From: Schmidtea polychroa
Taxonomy: Eukaryota
DNA: 64,000 nt
Direction of reading: 5' to 3'
Assembly: GCA_044892525.1 (NCBI GenBank)
Contig: CM097885.1
Coordinates: forward strand, 17,114,001-17,178,000
Position 1 is the first letter of the stretch. Every line of letters starts with the position of its first letter. This document shows, piece by piece, positions 1-13,799 of this stretch. The translations under genes were made by a program, and so were the position numbers. The notes under the pieces are model-generated. The model searched no databases, was not told the DNA's origin, and worked only from the letters and a program-made list of their open reading frames with translations.

Positions 1-3000
1 TTATTTTAAGTTAAATTATTTAATAATTTTAGAAGTTAATTTAGATGAAAAAAATAATTTGAAAATTTAAAATGGAAATTAAGATGGTAAATTTTAAATT
101 CACTTTCAATTTATCTTGTTTGATAATATTAAATTAAATAACTGAACTTAATTGAATTTTAAATTATTTATATTTAATTATTTATGATGTTTATTTATTA
201 ATGTATTATATTAATGTATGATTTTAATAAAAAATTTGAATTTTTTAAATTGGCACTATTTATTTAAGAAAATATTTTTGGTACTTGTTGAAAATATTGT
301 GGGCATCACGTTTTTAAAGCATCATCATTTTAATCTTAAAAATTAGTATATCATGAAGCTGAAATGTAATCAACAGTTTTTTATTATCTTTTTTTCATAA
401 ATTTTGAGCCAACAAAAAGTTAGAATTTGTTTAAAAATTCAATTGAATTTTTCAGGAAACAATGTTTAACTTTTAAATAATTGATTTATGAAACAAGGAA
501 TTAATAGGCTCAGTGATATTTTCAAAAAATTGAATTAGAATCAAGAATTGCTTTTAAGAAATGCACAAGGAAATTTACTATATATGAATTTGGAAAAATT
601 CAAAGTTTGGATTAACCATTGGCAGCAGTGTGGTTCTCTTCGAGGGACACGCATCAGTTAATTTTATGATGGTCTAGGGGCGGGGACTCCAGTTTTGTTT
701 TAGACTCACTACATTAAAGGCCCAGAATTTTGATTATAGTCAAGGAATTACTGAACCAATAATTAGCAAATCAGCCGGTAGAAATGAACCTAAAAAGATT
801 TTTTGGGTCAATCAACAAAGAAATGTGACGGTTTTCTTTAAAAATATTAAAGAATCTGTCAATTGTGATAATTATTAATAATTCACCACGTAATTGAAGT
901 AATTACAGTATGTAGTATTATCTGTCAAATTTAAAACTCAAAATGTTGAGAACGAGTATAAATATGTGTTAATTGATAAAAATATATTTTCTTAATTTAA
1001 TATTTAGAGTTATTATTGTTGATGCTTAAAGATGATCTGCTTATGGTCCTATCAGTTGAATTACTTCTGGTATTTATAACATCCATAATTATACACAAAT
1101 ATTTATTAAATTCAGAACAAATTCAATTTGTTTTACAATATTCAAACACATCTCTCCACAAGGATTTTTATTTGTGAGTAAAGTAATTTGCAAACCATAG
1201 CAATCCATAACATACATTTATTTAATTTTTATTTATTTACATTCTGACTGATGCGAAGAAAAAAGTTTTATTATCATCGGTGTTTTTATTATCACCATTT
1301 ATATTTTATCATTTTCATTCTATTTTACAAAAAATATTCCTATATATTATTTTGAGATCATATAATAATAATAATAATACCTAAAAATAAAAAGGTATAA
1401 TAAATGTAATTATATTGATATATTAATAATAATTTTTGTATATGCTTTTCTAAAGTTTAATAATTATGAGGTTTTCAGTCGGGACGCCGTGAAATTAATA
1501 AGACGAAATGTTTATTAATTAACTAATTATTTTTGAAATACTTATTAATAACAATAACTTTTTAGTCCATTTTTATTTCTAAAATTAATATTGAATAATT
1601 TTTTCTCTCTCTGGTAGATTATTCCATTTATTGCTTCAGCAGATTCTATATTCAGTGAAGATTTTCTATTTTCTAATTAAAGAATTGGTCCGATATTTTA
1701 ACCAATTCTTTACTATTGTGATATTATTTTTAAATTTGTGGTTAAATTTAATTTATTGATCTATTATCATCAAACAGTAAATATATAAAAATACAAACGA
1801 TGTTATTTACTATTATTTGTGGAGGAAATGAAATTAATGATTCCATAACTATTCCATAGAAATAATGACACACACTATGTTAAAGTAAACATGGTTAACC
1901 AAAACTAAAAACATTGTATATGGGGTTATTTAAAACGGAATCAAATTGTATGAAATTTTATCTAATCACAAAAAATATTCGGTAGTAATTCAGATGCCAG
2001 TATTGAACTGGTCACACGCAAATGTTAGGTTACAATAAATAAACGAATATTTTGTAATAAAATATTTTTTAACAAGTTATATTGGTAGCAAAATATTTAC
2101 AAATTTATTATTGCTGAAATTTGAAAATAGCTGTTTAATTTAATCATCAACAATTGCTAAAAGGAACTGAATATTTAAAAACTTAAAATTAAAAAAAACA
2201 ATTGGATAGACTTCCTGATTTAAATAATTTAAATCAGTTGTACTTGATTGGATAGAAATTTGTTATACATTTAGTTATAATCTTTGCATATCGTCGTAAA
2301 ATAAACCTTCTAGTTTCTATTACTTCACATAGATATTTTGAAAACGGTTTTCATATGCTGCGAGTAAAAAGATTGAGAAAAACTGGAATGTATGGAAGTT
2401 CATAGCTGTAATATCAGTGGTACATAGGCCACATGCGGGCCTTGTCTAGCTTCTAATTTTCAATATAAAAAAGAAATTTTAAATTGAGAATTAAAGGCAT
2501 GTTTTTTGTTTTTTAGTCAGAATTTGTGTTAATATTTGATCTTAACATTATTAATATAAAATAATGTGAAATATAATTACAAACATAAATTGGCTTTATA
2601 CAATAAATCATTATATATTAAACAAGTTTATCCGTATTATTTTAATAATAATATAAATAATAACAGTGTAAAATTAAATATAATTAATAAAATAAAATAA
2701 AACATTATTATTAACCATTTATAACAATAGTGCATCATATTTTTCCTCATATTAATTCAAAAATGATACTAAGGGGTTTAAATTTCTTTGTAAGCGTTCA
2801 TAAATAGTTCTTGAAAGTGTTATTCTTTACAAGGAGTCGGATACAGAAATTTCTAATTGTTTAATCAGTTTCTGTAGTTGTAATCAATAGAGCTAAGACG
2901 AAATTGTTATTGATAATCAATAAGATCTATAACTGTTGATTTATCTATATTACTGTATATAACTGCACTTTATGATTGCTGCAAAAAAGAGCAATAGATA

Positions 3001-3996
3001 AATCTATGATTAATTGAAACTTAAAATCGACTAGCACAATAACGAAACTGTAGTAAAACGCAAAAGAATTCAAATAGTCTAGAACATTAATTAAAACTAG
3101 TTAAAAATAAGGCATTTATAACCAAATAAAAAGAGAAAGATTTATTAAGGTGTTGTCGGAGTTAGAATTAAAATGATTTAGAATTGTTATACTGATAGCG
3201 AGTCTCTCGGAAACTCCAAAATCGAAGGGTTCAAAGTTAGGGAAACACTAGGTCCTGAGAATAAGGGATCTTAAGTTCCTATACAAAATATATAGGAATT
3301 TGTTTTGTTCCAGTAAATTTGTATTTTTTTAAAAAAATATTTTTGACAACGAGTACTGTTCTTTCCATAAAATTATACATATTTCGCTTTTTTGACATTT
3401 TTTTAATTTTGAAATTTCAATTTTATTATTGTAGGATTGTGGCTAATTTAGTTTCTTTCAGGGTTGTGGATTTGGAGTTGAGAAAAATGAGCGACCCAGA
3501 AAATGTCAAATTTGCATATTAGGAATAAACAAGATATTAAAAATCTAATATTCTTAGGACGAGTAATAGAGAAATGACTTTAAAAAAAACAGATTCATCA
3601 ATTGTGATAAATATTGCATATTGAAAGATGAAGTCAAGTCTGATAGGAAATACGAAAAATCGTGATATTGATTCAAAAATGTAAAATTGGTGATAGTTTG
3701 ATTCCACTTATTTGGAAAATAAAAGATGTTTGAATAGGTTTTTTAGATGTTTTATTTGTTCGAAAAACATAATCTTTAAAATGAATAATATTCAAATAAA
3801 ATAATTAACAGGTGACGTTTAACACCTAAAAAGGGTAAAAAGCAACAATTTTTTTTAAAACAAAGTGTTGTTGTAAGAAATGCAAATAAAATACATTATT
3901 ATATCAAAGAATAAGAAAAATTATAGATGTATGGCAGTGAAATCAACATTTTTAATCGTTTAATTTGGGATTTTTTAATGTTTTTTAAATACAGAC

Positions 3997-4662
3997 TGTA
4001 GTGTAGTTTTATATTATATTATTTCTTTTTGGAATTGTAATTAAAATAATAATGTATGGTTACTTTTATTATTGTGTATTGTATATAAATAAAAAATAAA
4101 AAAAACTATAGTGAATTATCACTATAGAAAGATTTAAAATATTCTAGTAGAAAATAACCTAAGAAGAGTAAAAGAAAACAAATAGAAACCCTATTAATTC
4201 CCGAGATACAATACAATCTAGAATATTCTTATTCAAACATTATTCATTCTATTGTAACTCAAATAAGGAGAAATTTTCACATTCAGTAAAAATATCTAAA
4301 ATATCCCAAAATATTCTCTTTCAAATACCATCCATCTTATTATAATTCAAGTTAAAAGAGATTCCTCCTTTAATCTAAATATTCAAAATATCCTCATCCA
4401 AATACCATTCATCCTATTATAATTTAAACCAAAAGAGAATGCCCATTCAGTTCAATCTCCTTAAATCGAAGTTTGACATTCTTGTCCTATAAATAAATTT
4501 TTGTAAAGTTAAATTAGTTTGTTATATTTTATTGATTGTATTACATTTAACATACAAGCACCCCAACTGTCCCGAGACAGTAATTATCTACAGATGACTC
4601 TGTTGGGTTCTACAAATTTCTTTAGTACAAATACTTACAATCACAATTTACGATAAACTACA
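3997..4662 (+). mobile_element. Ty3/gypsy-type LTR (palindrome-bearing family)
   Basis: TGTAGT...ACTACA termini followed by ATTTGGT (PBS remnant). Contains a deleted copy of the U3 palindrome (~4100-4127), ~77-bp internal repeats, AATAAA (~4492) and GCACCCCAACTGTCCCG (~4558), a motif shared with the LTRs at 62768-63534 and 63535-64000. No TSD found. Confidence 0.6.
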
Positions 4663-5182
4663 ATTTGGTAAATAACACATAAGATCTTCAATAACATACC
4701 ATAATAAATATGGATTACTAATTCGAGGAATACAAAAAGTTATTGAAAAAAACTAATAACTTTGTACATACTTTCTTAGAGAGAAAAGGTCAAGTGGAGA
4801 AATGCAAAACATGTTCGAAACTGTTAAATCCACTGGTCAATCAACTAATGCACTTCATTCGCATCTAAGATCTTTAAATGCATCAAAGGGATTTTGATAG
4901 ATCTCGAAATCTTCAAATACAATTTGAAAAATCATTACAATTTACGGTCAAAATATTTACGATATAAAAGCAATCTCTCAGATTTAGTTTGCATAACTGC
5001 ATTTGATGCGTCAATGATTTAAAAAATTGGAAAACTAATTAAAACAGAACAGCTGGTCTTTTGCATACGCAATTCAATTAGTTATTTTATTTTAAGTGTG
5101 TTATACTGTAAAGATAAATATTATTGCTCGAGTCTACAATTTTCTTTTGATGATTCAACCGACAAGCGTGGAAGCAGAAATA

Positions 5183-5263
5183 GTACTGTTTACCAATAAA
5201 ATATGGTAATTCACCGCCAGATTGGCTACTACTATACATACTAATAATATCAGAATTTGCCAT
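5183..5263 (-). pseudogene. 5' fragment of a small Polinton ORF following the penton gene (QxGG-type core protein-like)
   Basis: The ATG overlaps the penton 3' end and reads MANSDIISMYSSSQSGGELPYFIGKQY, after which recognisable similarity stops. Confidence 0.45.
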
Positions 5264-6267
5264 CTACTTTACGAAAATGTAATGTCAAATGAGTTTTTGA
5301 ACCTTTTGGAAAGTTTATAAGTTTTCCACTATCATCACGAATATTTATTTCTATATTGTTTATACATGAACTTGCTATTGGTAAATACATGGGATTTTCT
5401 ACATTGATTTGTACAACTTCATCATGTTCATATTTTCCAATCCATACCGATTTCAAAAGAGGAACACTGGAATCACCAACAATTATGGGTTCGATAATGT
5501 TAGTATATATGAACATTTGTTGTTGATGTTCTAGTATTCTTGGTTTGTGTATACCAGTCGATTTTTCTCGATATTTTTGCTTATCTAATCCAAGTGAATT
5601 TGCCAAATTTTTATCAAATGTAACTTCGCAAATATCATCATTCAAACTGAAGGTAAACATCAAATCTTTCACAATCTCCAAATTTTTAAGTATGTGTGAA
5701 CAATTGAACTTTAAATATTTAAGTAATACATCAAGTTTATCAAAATATAATTCATCAGCAAAGGTAAATGATTCTTCAACTTCATCATTATATGATACAG
5801 ATATTTTGATTTCTTCTTTCACTATACTGTTTGCTTCAAATAGATTAAAACGTAATAAATACTCGGTCTCCGTAAAAATATTTTTCAACTTATTGCAACC
5901 CATTCGTTTGGCATCTTCAATAGTTTCGAATGTTATTGTAAATGGTTTAAAATCACAAGTGATATTTAATCCATCCTTGTAAAACATATAGCAATGCGAA
6001 TCTAATATTTGATTCGGAATATGTTTTATCATAATTACTGATAACAAAGATACCACTACATGTTTTCCCAATATTCCTTTTGAAATCAATCTTACATTGA
6101 CTATAAAATGGGAATGTATTGTACACGAATGTAAAATCTTGCAGTGCAACTTCCCAGTCACCATTTAAAGAAATCGGATTCTGGAGATTGACCATGAATT
6201 TACTGGCTTGATTGTCTGGATGAATTAATGGACAACTATTGCTCGGCAAAATAGTATAAAAATTCAC
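5250..6267 (-). pseudogene. Polinton/Maverick (adintovirus-like) minor capsid/penton protein, frameshifted
   Basis: N-terminal FYTILPSNS...NPISLNGDWEVAL (ORF 5953-6318) and C-terminal MFIYTNIIEPIIVGDSSVPLL...IEINIRDDSGKLINF...LTLHFRK (ORF 5250-6164) match Polinton penton motifs. Frameshift near 6000-6040. Confidence 0.8.
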
Positions 6268-6850
6268 TTTACTAGATCCTTTTCTGATATCCATAATGGG
6301 TTTTGATAACCATGCCATTTGACATAGTATTGTTTATCCTTGCCGACCTTTTTAGTTTTCAATATCTTCTGAATTCTAAATACTTTTGGGGGAGGAATGA
6401 CTTGTAATTCCTGCTCATAAAATTTCCCCTGTACAATATTATTATCATTATCTTTGATGACATACATTACAGGATTCTGTTTAGTATTTATTTTTGAAAT
6501 TACAAAAACTTCATCACTCCAATATGTATCAAAATTTTTAATAAATGGTGATGCACTAATTTTACTAATTCTAACATGGTCACCTACTTTATATTTAGGT
6601 TTTGCAATTTTTACAGATTTTTTAGAAGACAATGATGTTTGTGATGTAATATCAACCGGTCTCAATCCATTCAGTCCTCGATGTGATGAATGATTATAAC
6701 TTGTTATTATTTTCGGTAAAACATTTACCCATTTTTTATTACCTTGATTCACGAACAATTTCTTTAATCTATCTCTCAATGTTCGATTAAATCTTTCAGC
6801 ATGGGCAGCTTTGTATTGAGAATGTACCGAGTAGTGATTAGTCAAATTAA
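6264..6850 (-). pseudogene. Polinton/Maverick rve integrase C-terminal half with chromodomain (5'-truncated)
   Basis: AERFNRTL...YNHSSH, KYKVGDHVRISK, WSDEVF, GKFYEQELQ and chromodomain YYVKWHGY...WI. Confidence 0.9.
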
Positions 6851-7010
6851 ATGTATTAGTCATATTTGTTTTTCTCTTTATTAATTGCAACATAAATGCA
6901 AATGACATGCAAATTTAACAAAGAAAATTATGCCTATAACTATTGGGGAGGATGTTCTTGCTGCAGACGATGATACGCCCGAAGACTAATTCGATAAAAA
7001 TAATAATATT

Positions 7011-7068
<58 letters not shown>

Positions 7069-8661
7069 TTTATCTACGTCATTTTATAACGACTTCTATA
7101 TAGTAATATTTTATAATCATTTATTTATCAGGTTCCTTATATCCTCAATACTGTATTTCAGGAATTGAGTATAACTCCAAATGCCATACTCTAATGACAT
7201 TATATTATGGTCATTGATTCAATGGAATCGAGTATTTTTTTATGTTCCAAATGCAGGACTATTAACCCTATGACTTTTATAGAGTTTTATATTGGGCGCT
7301 CTATATATTTAAATCATTTTTCTTCAAATAAAAAACAGCTATTTAGGAAGATCTTTAATAGACAAACTCCAAATATAGTTCTTAATATCAAAAGGTCAGC
7401 TGAAAATAAAAATGATGTCGTCGCCACTGAAATTATTAAAAAGAAATTATAGTTATAAGTGATGATGAAGCTGGTGTGATAAATGTTTGTTCTCGTCGTT
7501 TACCAATTATTATTAATCAAATATTGACTTTCAATGTGATTTTTCTATAATTAAGCAAACAAAATAAAATTCATTATAATAAACATATGTATAACTAGAA
7601 ATGTATATTTATTTTTTTTTTTATTTATTTATACAAATTCATTAAAAAATTGATGATAAATTAATGATAAAGTAAAACCAGTCATTTTGGTCTGGTAGAC
7701 TGAATAATAAATTTGATTATCATTGTACTACGGTAACTTGCGCCTATACATTGATTTTGTGCCATTTTATATAACCATATAATAATATAGATTCCTACAT
7801 TAGTTCATTCTATTATTATTCTATAATTTATCTTATTATTGATTTATTCTATACATTATCCTACTCCACAATACTCAAAAATGATAATATAGAATTTTAT
7901 AATAAGATATTTATGATTATAATAATAATTAAAAAATTAAAATAGTCCACATAGAAGACATAATTATTGATTTAATAGTATGTTAAACATTTATATAATC
8001 ATCGTCAATGTTTTAAATTTGATTAATGGATAATGAAAATCAAATCTCATAATTAACACAGACGACATTTTTATCACAATTTGCAATCAAATTATATACG
8101 GTGATACGGTAACTAGTACACGGTGATACTAGTTCTGTGTTATCGAGATCTACCGCTGTTCTGGGATGACGAAAATCCACAAATGCACTTTTAGCCAATG
8201 CAGTAATTAAATCAAGTATTCCACATTAATAAAAAATCCATTTGATAGCTGATCATTGACAACTAATTTTGTTTAACGAACCTAGGGTCAACCCATAGTG
8301 AATTTTTTGGTAAAATGGTTAGGCGGGAAACGTTAATTACATTTTTAATTCGTATCGGTAAATAAATAACTTACAAGTAAATCAGTATATGAACAAAACT
8401 ATCCCTATTGCTGAGGAATCATTTACATCTTACATGATCGAATTTCAGTGTTTCGCGATCGGAACCCTGCCACACCCCTTCCAAGATAGATGCGAACAAC
8501 GTTAATAATTTTGCGTATATTAAATATATTTGAACAATATGATGTGTGATGAACGCGACAGATGAGCTGTAGTAGCGAGTTTTCGAGGGGTGAATTTGAG
8601 AGGTTAAGATGGACATTCTGATTTGGTTAAATATATATTTTCAGCATTTTTGCCATAACAA

Positions 8662-9369
8662 ATGACCGAACCAAGCCTTCCTCCGACCGGCCCGAGACCG
8701 TGCATCTCGTGCGCCGACAAAAATGTCCTTTTGAAGCAATCGGCCGACTATATAGGGTCATTGAAGCGAAAAATCGATACACTGGAGGGAACATGGTTCA
8801 CCCCTGCCAGCATGAAGGAGGCTCGAATGAAAATTCTACGGCTTTAACATTGCCGCAACAGCTTGCTGCAAGAGAGTCTGAGCCAGAGACTCACCATCAA
8901 GGCGCAATCGGCTGCCCTTCATCGCATATACTCGGCCGCTGACAAGGGAAATCTTTTTCCCACTCATCATGATTTGACTCTCCCAAAGCCTGCTCAATCT
9001 CCTTGTTGCGGTGCTCACGGCCCAACTCCGGTGTCTCCAATTCTCGCCGACATCGTCAAGGCCACTACGTCAGGAACTGCACCGCCAGTCACTAATTCAT
9101 CAAATCCTTCAACGTCGCAGTCAGTCGTTTTACCTAGTAAGCAGAAGAGGAAGAAACAGCTAACACGGGCCGAAAAGACGAAGAAACATCGAGGGGAGAT
9201 GGCAGCCCTCGAGGCGACTTTATTTGCAGCCACTCAGGCGAAGGGAGTAGCCTCAACCAATATCGCCGCATCCGTCAAAGTCGTGCCTGCCTCTGCCTCT
9301 CAACCACCTTTCGACCCTGCTTTGGAGTGTGACATCGATGCGATGTTAGCAGAGGGAGAAATGGCTTAG
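8662..9369 (+). pseudogene. Unknown coiled-coil/basic protein of the 'LEGTWF' family, one in-frame stop
   Basis: ORFs 8662-8847 and 8863-9369 are in the same frame, separated by TAA at 8845-8847. GC-rich. Homologous to 57983-58444. Putative acceptor tttcag at ~8644. Confidence 0.7.
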
Positions 9370-9960
9370 TAAATCTTCCAACTCCGAACGTCTTATCATC
9401 GCAACTCCTCCAGTAATATAACGCTCAGTATTATGGCAACCAACATTTAAATTATGTGATTCAATATAACTCCCCTGTGGAACTTGTATTTTCTCAATTG
9501 TTGTTTAATTTCTGTAACCTAAAATTGATTGTCTGACAATTATATAATTTAATTTGTTTTGCTGATTGTTAAAGTGTTGATTTGGTCGCCATAAGTACTT
9601 CGATGCAATGACATAGGTAGATGGAAGGACCTCACTTGGACCAGAGGCAGATTTTTGAATGATGTAAGTCCTTCTAAGGCCTTCCGGACCCGAACAGCGA
9701 ACAATGTGAGGAGTAGTTTTGGTAACAAAGCTCACCTTCTCACAGGTTCCAACCTCGGTGTACAGCACCAACATGACTTACCATCATGGGTACACAGGAG
9801 GGGATATTTTTCAACAAATCATTTGGGCATCTGGGATGAATAGACTACAATGGTAACCCCTAGTCGTACCAGTCGACAAATGTCCTCCCTATGTGACCAA
9901 CACATGTTAAACTGTAAATTTTGTTCGTGGCGATCATTGCTTTCTCAACTACCTCATGGA
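9345..9960 (-). pseudogene. Decayed unknown ORF convergent on the LEGTWF gene
   Basis: GC-elevated. ORF 9505-9774 continues past one stop as TTIEKIQVPQGSYIESHNLNV. Weak similarity to 57754-58000 (+). Confidence 0.35.
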
Positions 9961-10189
9961 TTATTATTTTAATTACCAAAATTTAATTTAATAAAAACTG
10001 CAAATGTAGCGCGAAGTCTATATTTCCGATTAGAAATTTCACTACCTTTCCCTTACATGGGCCTCATCGTTTCCTCATGATATTAAGTTATTTGCAATTA
10101 TTTGTTCCTATCTCGATTTTATTTCAGAAAAATATGTCTTTATCATTTAACTAATTGACTTAATCGGCCAAATTATTTATCGAAGTGAT

Positions 10190-10990
10190 GACATTATTTG
10201 TTTATATTGCAAACCGGACGTGCACTATAGTTGCATCGAAATCTCGCAAACGAGTAAACAGATTTACGTAAACCATTTAAGACTGTCCCCAGCGACTGAT
10301 GTAGTGGTATTCTAAATTCTAACTGTTTATCTGTGGATTTCATCGAAAACGTACTATGGCCGTTCGGGTAGATCCTATGGATCAAGACCAATCAATGACG
10401 TCCTGCCTGTGGATGTTTACAATAACAAATAGTGTAAATCTTTCAAACGGATGTCGTGAAATAGCGAGTATCGTCTTACTACGGAGAGCGGATGTTTCAA
10501 TACAGGCGACGAATTGATAGTCTAATATAATTCAGTGAGAATCTCGTATCGGTAGATCTAGACCGTCGAACGTGGAAAATTTGATCTGTCAGAATGAAAG
10601 AAAAATCGGACTCTTTAAGACGACAAACTCGCTATGAAGCTATCGAAAATTTCTCTTAATGTTAAGTTGTGCGGTTGCTGATGACTACGAGTTTTTAAGA
10701 TGGAATATAACGTCGTTATTTCATCCGCTAGATGGATTTTCATCACCACTGCATCGAAAGATTTGAAGTGTTTATTCTAGTTCTAGCCCTCGGATTGCGG
10801 TCTATCTCTATAACAAAAAGCTGCCACTCGATGAAAAAAATCAAATTATTAATCATGACACTTGGTCATCTCTAAATGGAAGTCGTAACTTTTGTCTCAC
10901 CATCTACGAAAATCATCTGGCGACTACTAACACAAGTGTCAGCAATCCCCAAACGACCCTCGTGAACAGGTCAACGTATATCTGTATATA
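10190..10990 (+). pseudogene. Decayed unknown coding sequence in the same GC-elevated island
   Basis: One frame is largely open with scattered stops (...DDYEFLRWNITSLFHPLDGFSSPLHRKI*SVY...). No family recognised. Confidence 0.3.
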
Positions 10991-11817
10991 GTTATGGTTG
11001 TGTATATTTGTCTATTTGAATTTTGTTTTTCATTTATTTTATTTTAGTGACTTGTTTTGTTCTATTTTATTATTTTTTCTCTCTATTATTCCTTATTCTC
11101 TCTACATTTGGTTGATTTCCTCAATTTATGTTAATACAGGGTTTTCTTTAATTAATTTATAGAAAGTTTAAATTTAAAACAATTTGATTACCACGGTTTC
11201 TAGCCCAACAATACTTAATAAAACATTAATTTTTCTTGTTTCACGGGGAACATTATTGTAAGAAAACCGTGCCGTTATTCAATATTAATTAAATACATGT
11301 TAAAACTCATTTCCTAGTGCTATGTAAACACGAGGTTGCAAAAAGTCGTAACATTAATGCATAGAAAGATTTTCCGTCAATAATTTAGAAAATCGCATAA
11401 AAATGTTTATCTTCATTATCCTTTATGCTCAATATTGTTCATTTTAGTGAAAATGATGAACGAATATTGCAAATTGTTTTTTTATTCTAAAAAATTTACA
11501 ATATAGAATTATTAAAATGTGTGAACATTTAAGAGTTTTCGAATTTCGTAAATTTTGTATTTTAATTTTAAAAATTTATTATTGTGATAGTATTTCATTT
11601 ATTGAACAAAGAAGGCTCTCCCATGATCTAGCTCATTATAAATAATTAACTGTTTAATTTTGTAAATAAATATATCACGTTGTCTCAGATACAGTAACCA
11701 TCAAATTAGCTAGCTCGCCAATGACAACGTATCAATAGTGAAAGAGCATTATCATTAAACAATTTTTCAGTCATCATATGGCTCATTCATAAACTCAATT
11801 GAAAATGTGTTAATTTT

Positions 11818-12450
11818 CCAGGGTTTGACGGTTTTCAAACCGGTTTTAAAAAATAATTTGAAGCATTCGAAAAACGGTTTAACACTTTCTATTTCAGCCT
11901 ATCAGGGGCCAAAAAAAAATTATTTTGCAGAAATATGTTGCCTAAATTAATATAAAATTTTGGTACAAATGAAACTCATTTTCCATTTTAAGTTTGGTAT
12001 ATGCATTTTTATATTTTTTAATATTTGTTATCCAATTACAAATCCAAGGACACTAAAATCTGAATTTTCATTATTTGAGGCGACGCATAAAAGAACGCCG
12101 AACTTTGATTTGTTATTTGACGCCCTAAAAACTATAAAACCAAGCTCAGAAGCCAGTGAACAAGTATTTCAATTTCAGGCAATATTGTGTGTAAAATAAG
12201 AACAAGACTTAGCGACCGTCCAGTAGATATTTTATGTTTTTTGAAATCCTATTTTCTTAGGAGAAATATTAATTAGTAAAATAAATAAAGGTTTTAATGA
12301 AAATTGTCTTTGTTGTTTAGACTTTTGTTACTTCGTTTGATAATGTGTAGATCATTTTTTGGCACTTTGATTTTGTTTTTCTTTTTATATATAATTTGAA
12401 ATAAATTATTTGTCCGTTTTCGTTTTATGGCAAAAATTCGAAAACCGGCT
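11818..12450 (+). mobile_element. hAT deletion derivative with transposase C-terminal (dimerisation) remnant
   Basis: CAGGGTTT terminus with AAACCG subterminal repeats. LKTIKPSSEASEQVF...RLSD...DILCFLKSYF. Right end unclear. Confidence 0.65.
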
Positions 12451-13556
12451 AAAATTTATTAAAAAAATAAAAAGTAGAGTAAAATTAAAATAATTAGATG
12501 AAAATGTTGTGGATTTACACAAAAATATTCATATTATTAAATATTGAAATGAAATGTACAATAGGGTGCTTTAATAGGCAGCAAAATAATAATTTTAAGC
12601 TTTTATTTCAAAACGTAACTATAACTAAATACTAGTTAAAAACTCGATTTATATTAGGATTATATTAATATCTAAAGTCGATTAAATAAAATAAAAATGT
12701 TATCTTAATTTTCAATGACAATTAGGAAAATGATTAATTAATATTAAAAACCATATTAATTTATTGTATTGGAATTACAGATATATTAATAGCAAAATCG
12801 ATGCTAAATTACTCGAAATTACTAATATCAAGTACAAAATTAATTTTTTCAATAAATATAATTTATATTACGATTATATTTCAATATTACGCATTTTAAA
12901 TGAATCTAACCTGCTCTATATTAAAAAGGTTGGAATTTAAAAGCCATTAGAATACTTTGAGAAATTAAATGACGGAAAAATTTAAACAAAGTTATAAAAT
13001 TATATATAACAAAAGTTTTCAATTTATTAATAATTTTCAAATATGACAATTTTTCATTAAAAACAATTAAGATAATATTTTTTTAATAAAATATTTTATT
13101 TTACATTTTGTTAAATTTTTAAAATTGTACTAAAAGAATTTTTTTAGAAAACTTACAAATTTGAGATATACAATTAATTTTCTCTTAAAATATATTTCAC
13201 TGTGTTATAAATTAATTATGCGTCTTAAAAATTATTTCAAATTATTCAATTCAATTACAGAGAAAAAATTTTAAACACTTTAACTTTAAAACTCTTAAAC
13301 AACGTCAAAGACAAACTGCTAATAAACTTTTATATAATAATTTGAACTCCTGTAACAAATAAAAGCCTATTATTCTTTAATATTTTTTCTCTAAGATTTT
13401 GAAATCATATCGGCAGTTAGTTGTGCAAGTGCAATAAAAAATGAGAATCTCAGTAAAAGCGAAAATATAATAACACAAAAATAAGGCCTCCTATTCTATA
13501 GTTAAATTATATTGGAAAAAAAAATTGTTGCCCTACGTAAAAGTGCGAAATACATT

Positions 13557-13656
13557 TTTTGATCGTTTGGTATAGATTCAAATAGTGTTATTTGGGGCCC
13601 CCTAAATTAAGAGGCCCATGCCAAAAGACCCTCATGACCCCTTCTTCCGGGGCCTG
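13557..13656. repeat. Dispersed ~100-bp repeat (probable hAT MITE end), second copy at ~18738-18838
   Basis: ttttgatcgtttggt...ttggggcccc...aaattaagaggcccatg occurs at both loci; this copy ends GGGCCTG. Confidence 0.6.
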
Positions 13657-13799
13657 CTTATCACTGCCTCTCTCGTCCCTTCATCGTTTTGTGATATACT
13701 CAATATCTTAGTTGTTATCGTCTACCTCGAACTTCTATGCTAAAAATTTCAACTCAAACGAGTAATAGTTCATATAATAATTTTGTTGCTTGATAATTA

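Noticed and set aside
500..830. Slightly GC-elevated, coding-like segment
   Set aside because: Stops in all frames and no recognisable family.
10895..10935. HHLRKS(S/L)AT resembling tyrosine recombinase box II
   Set aside because: It needs a frameshift and lies outside the most open frame. No other recombinase motifs were found.
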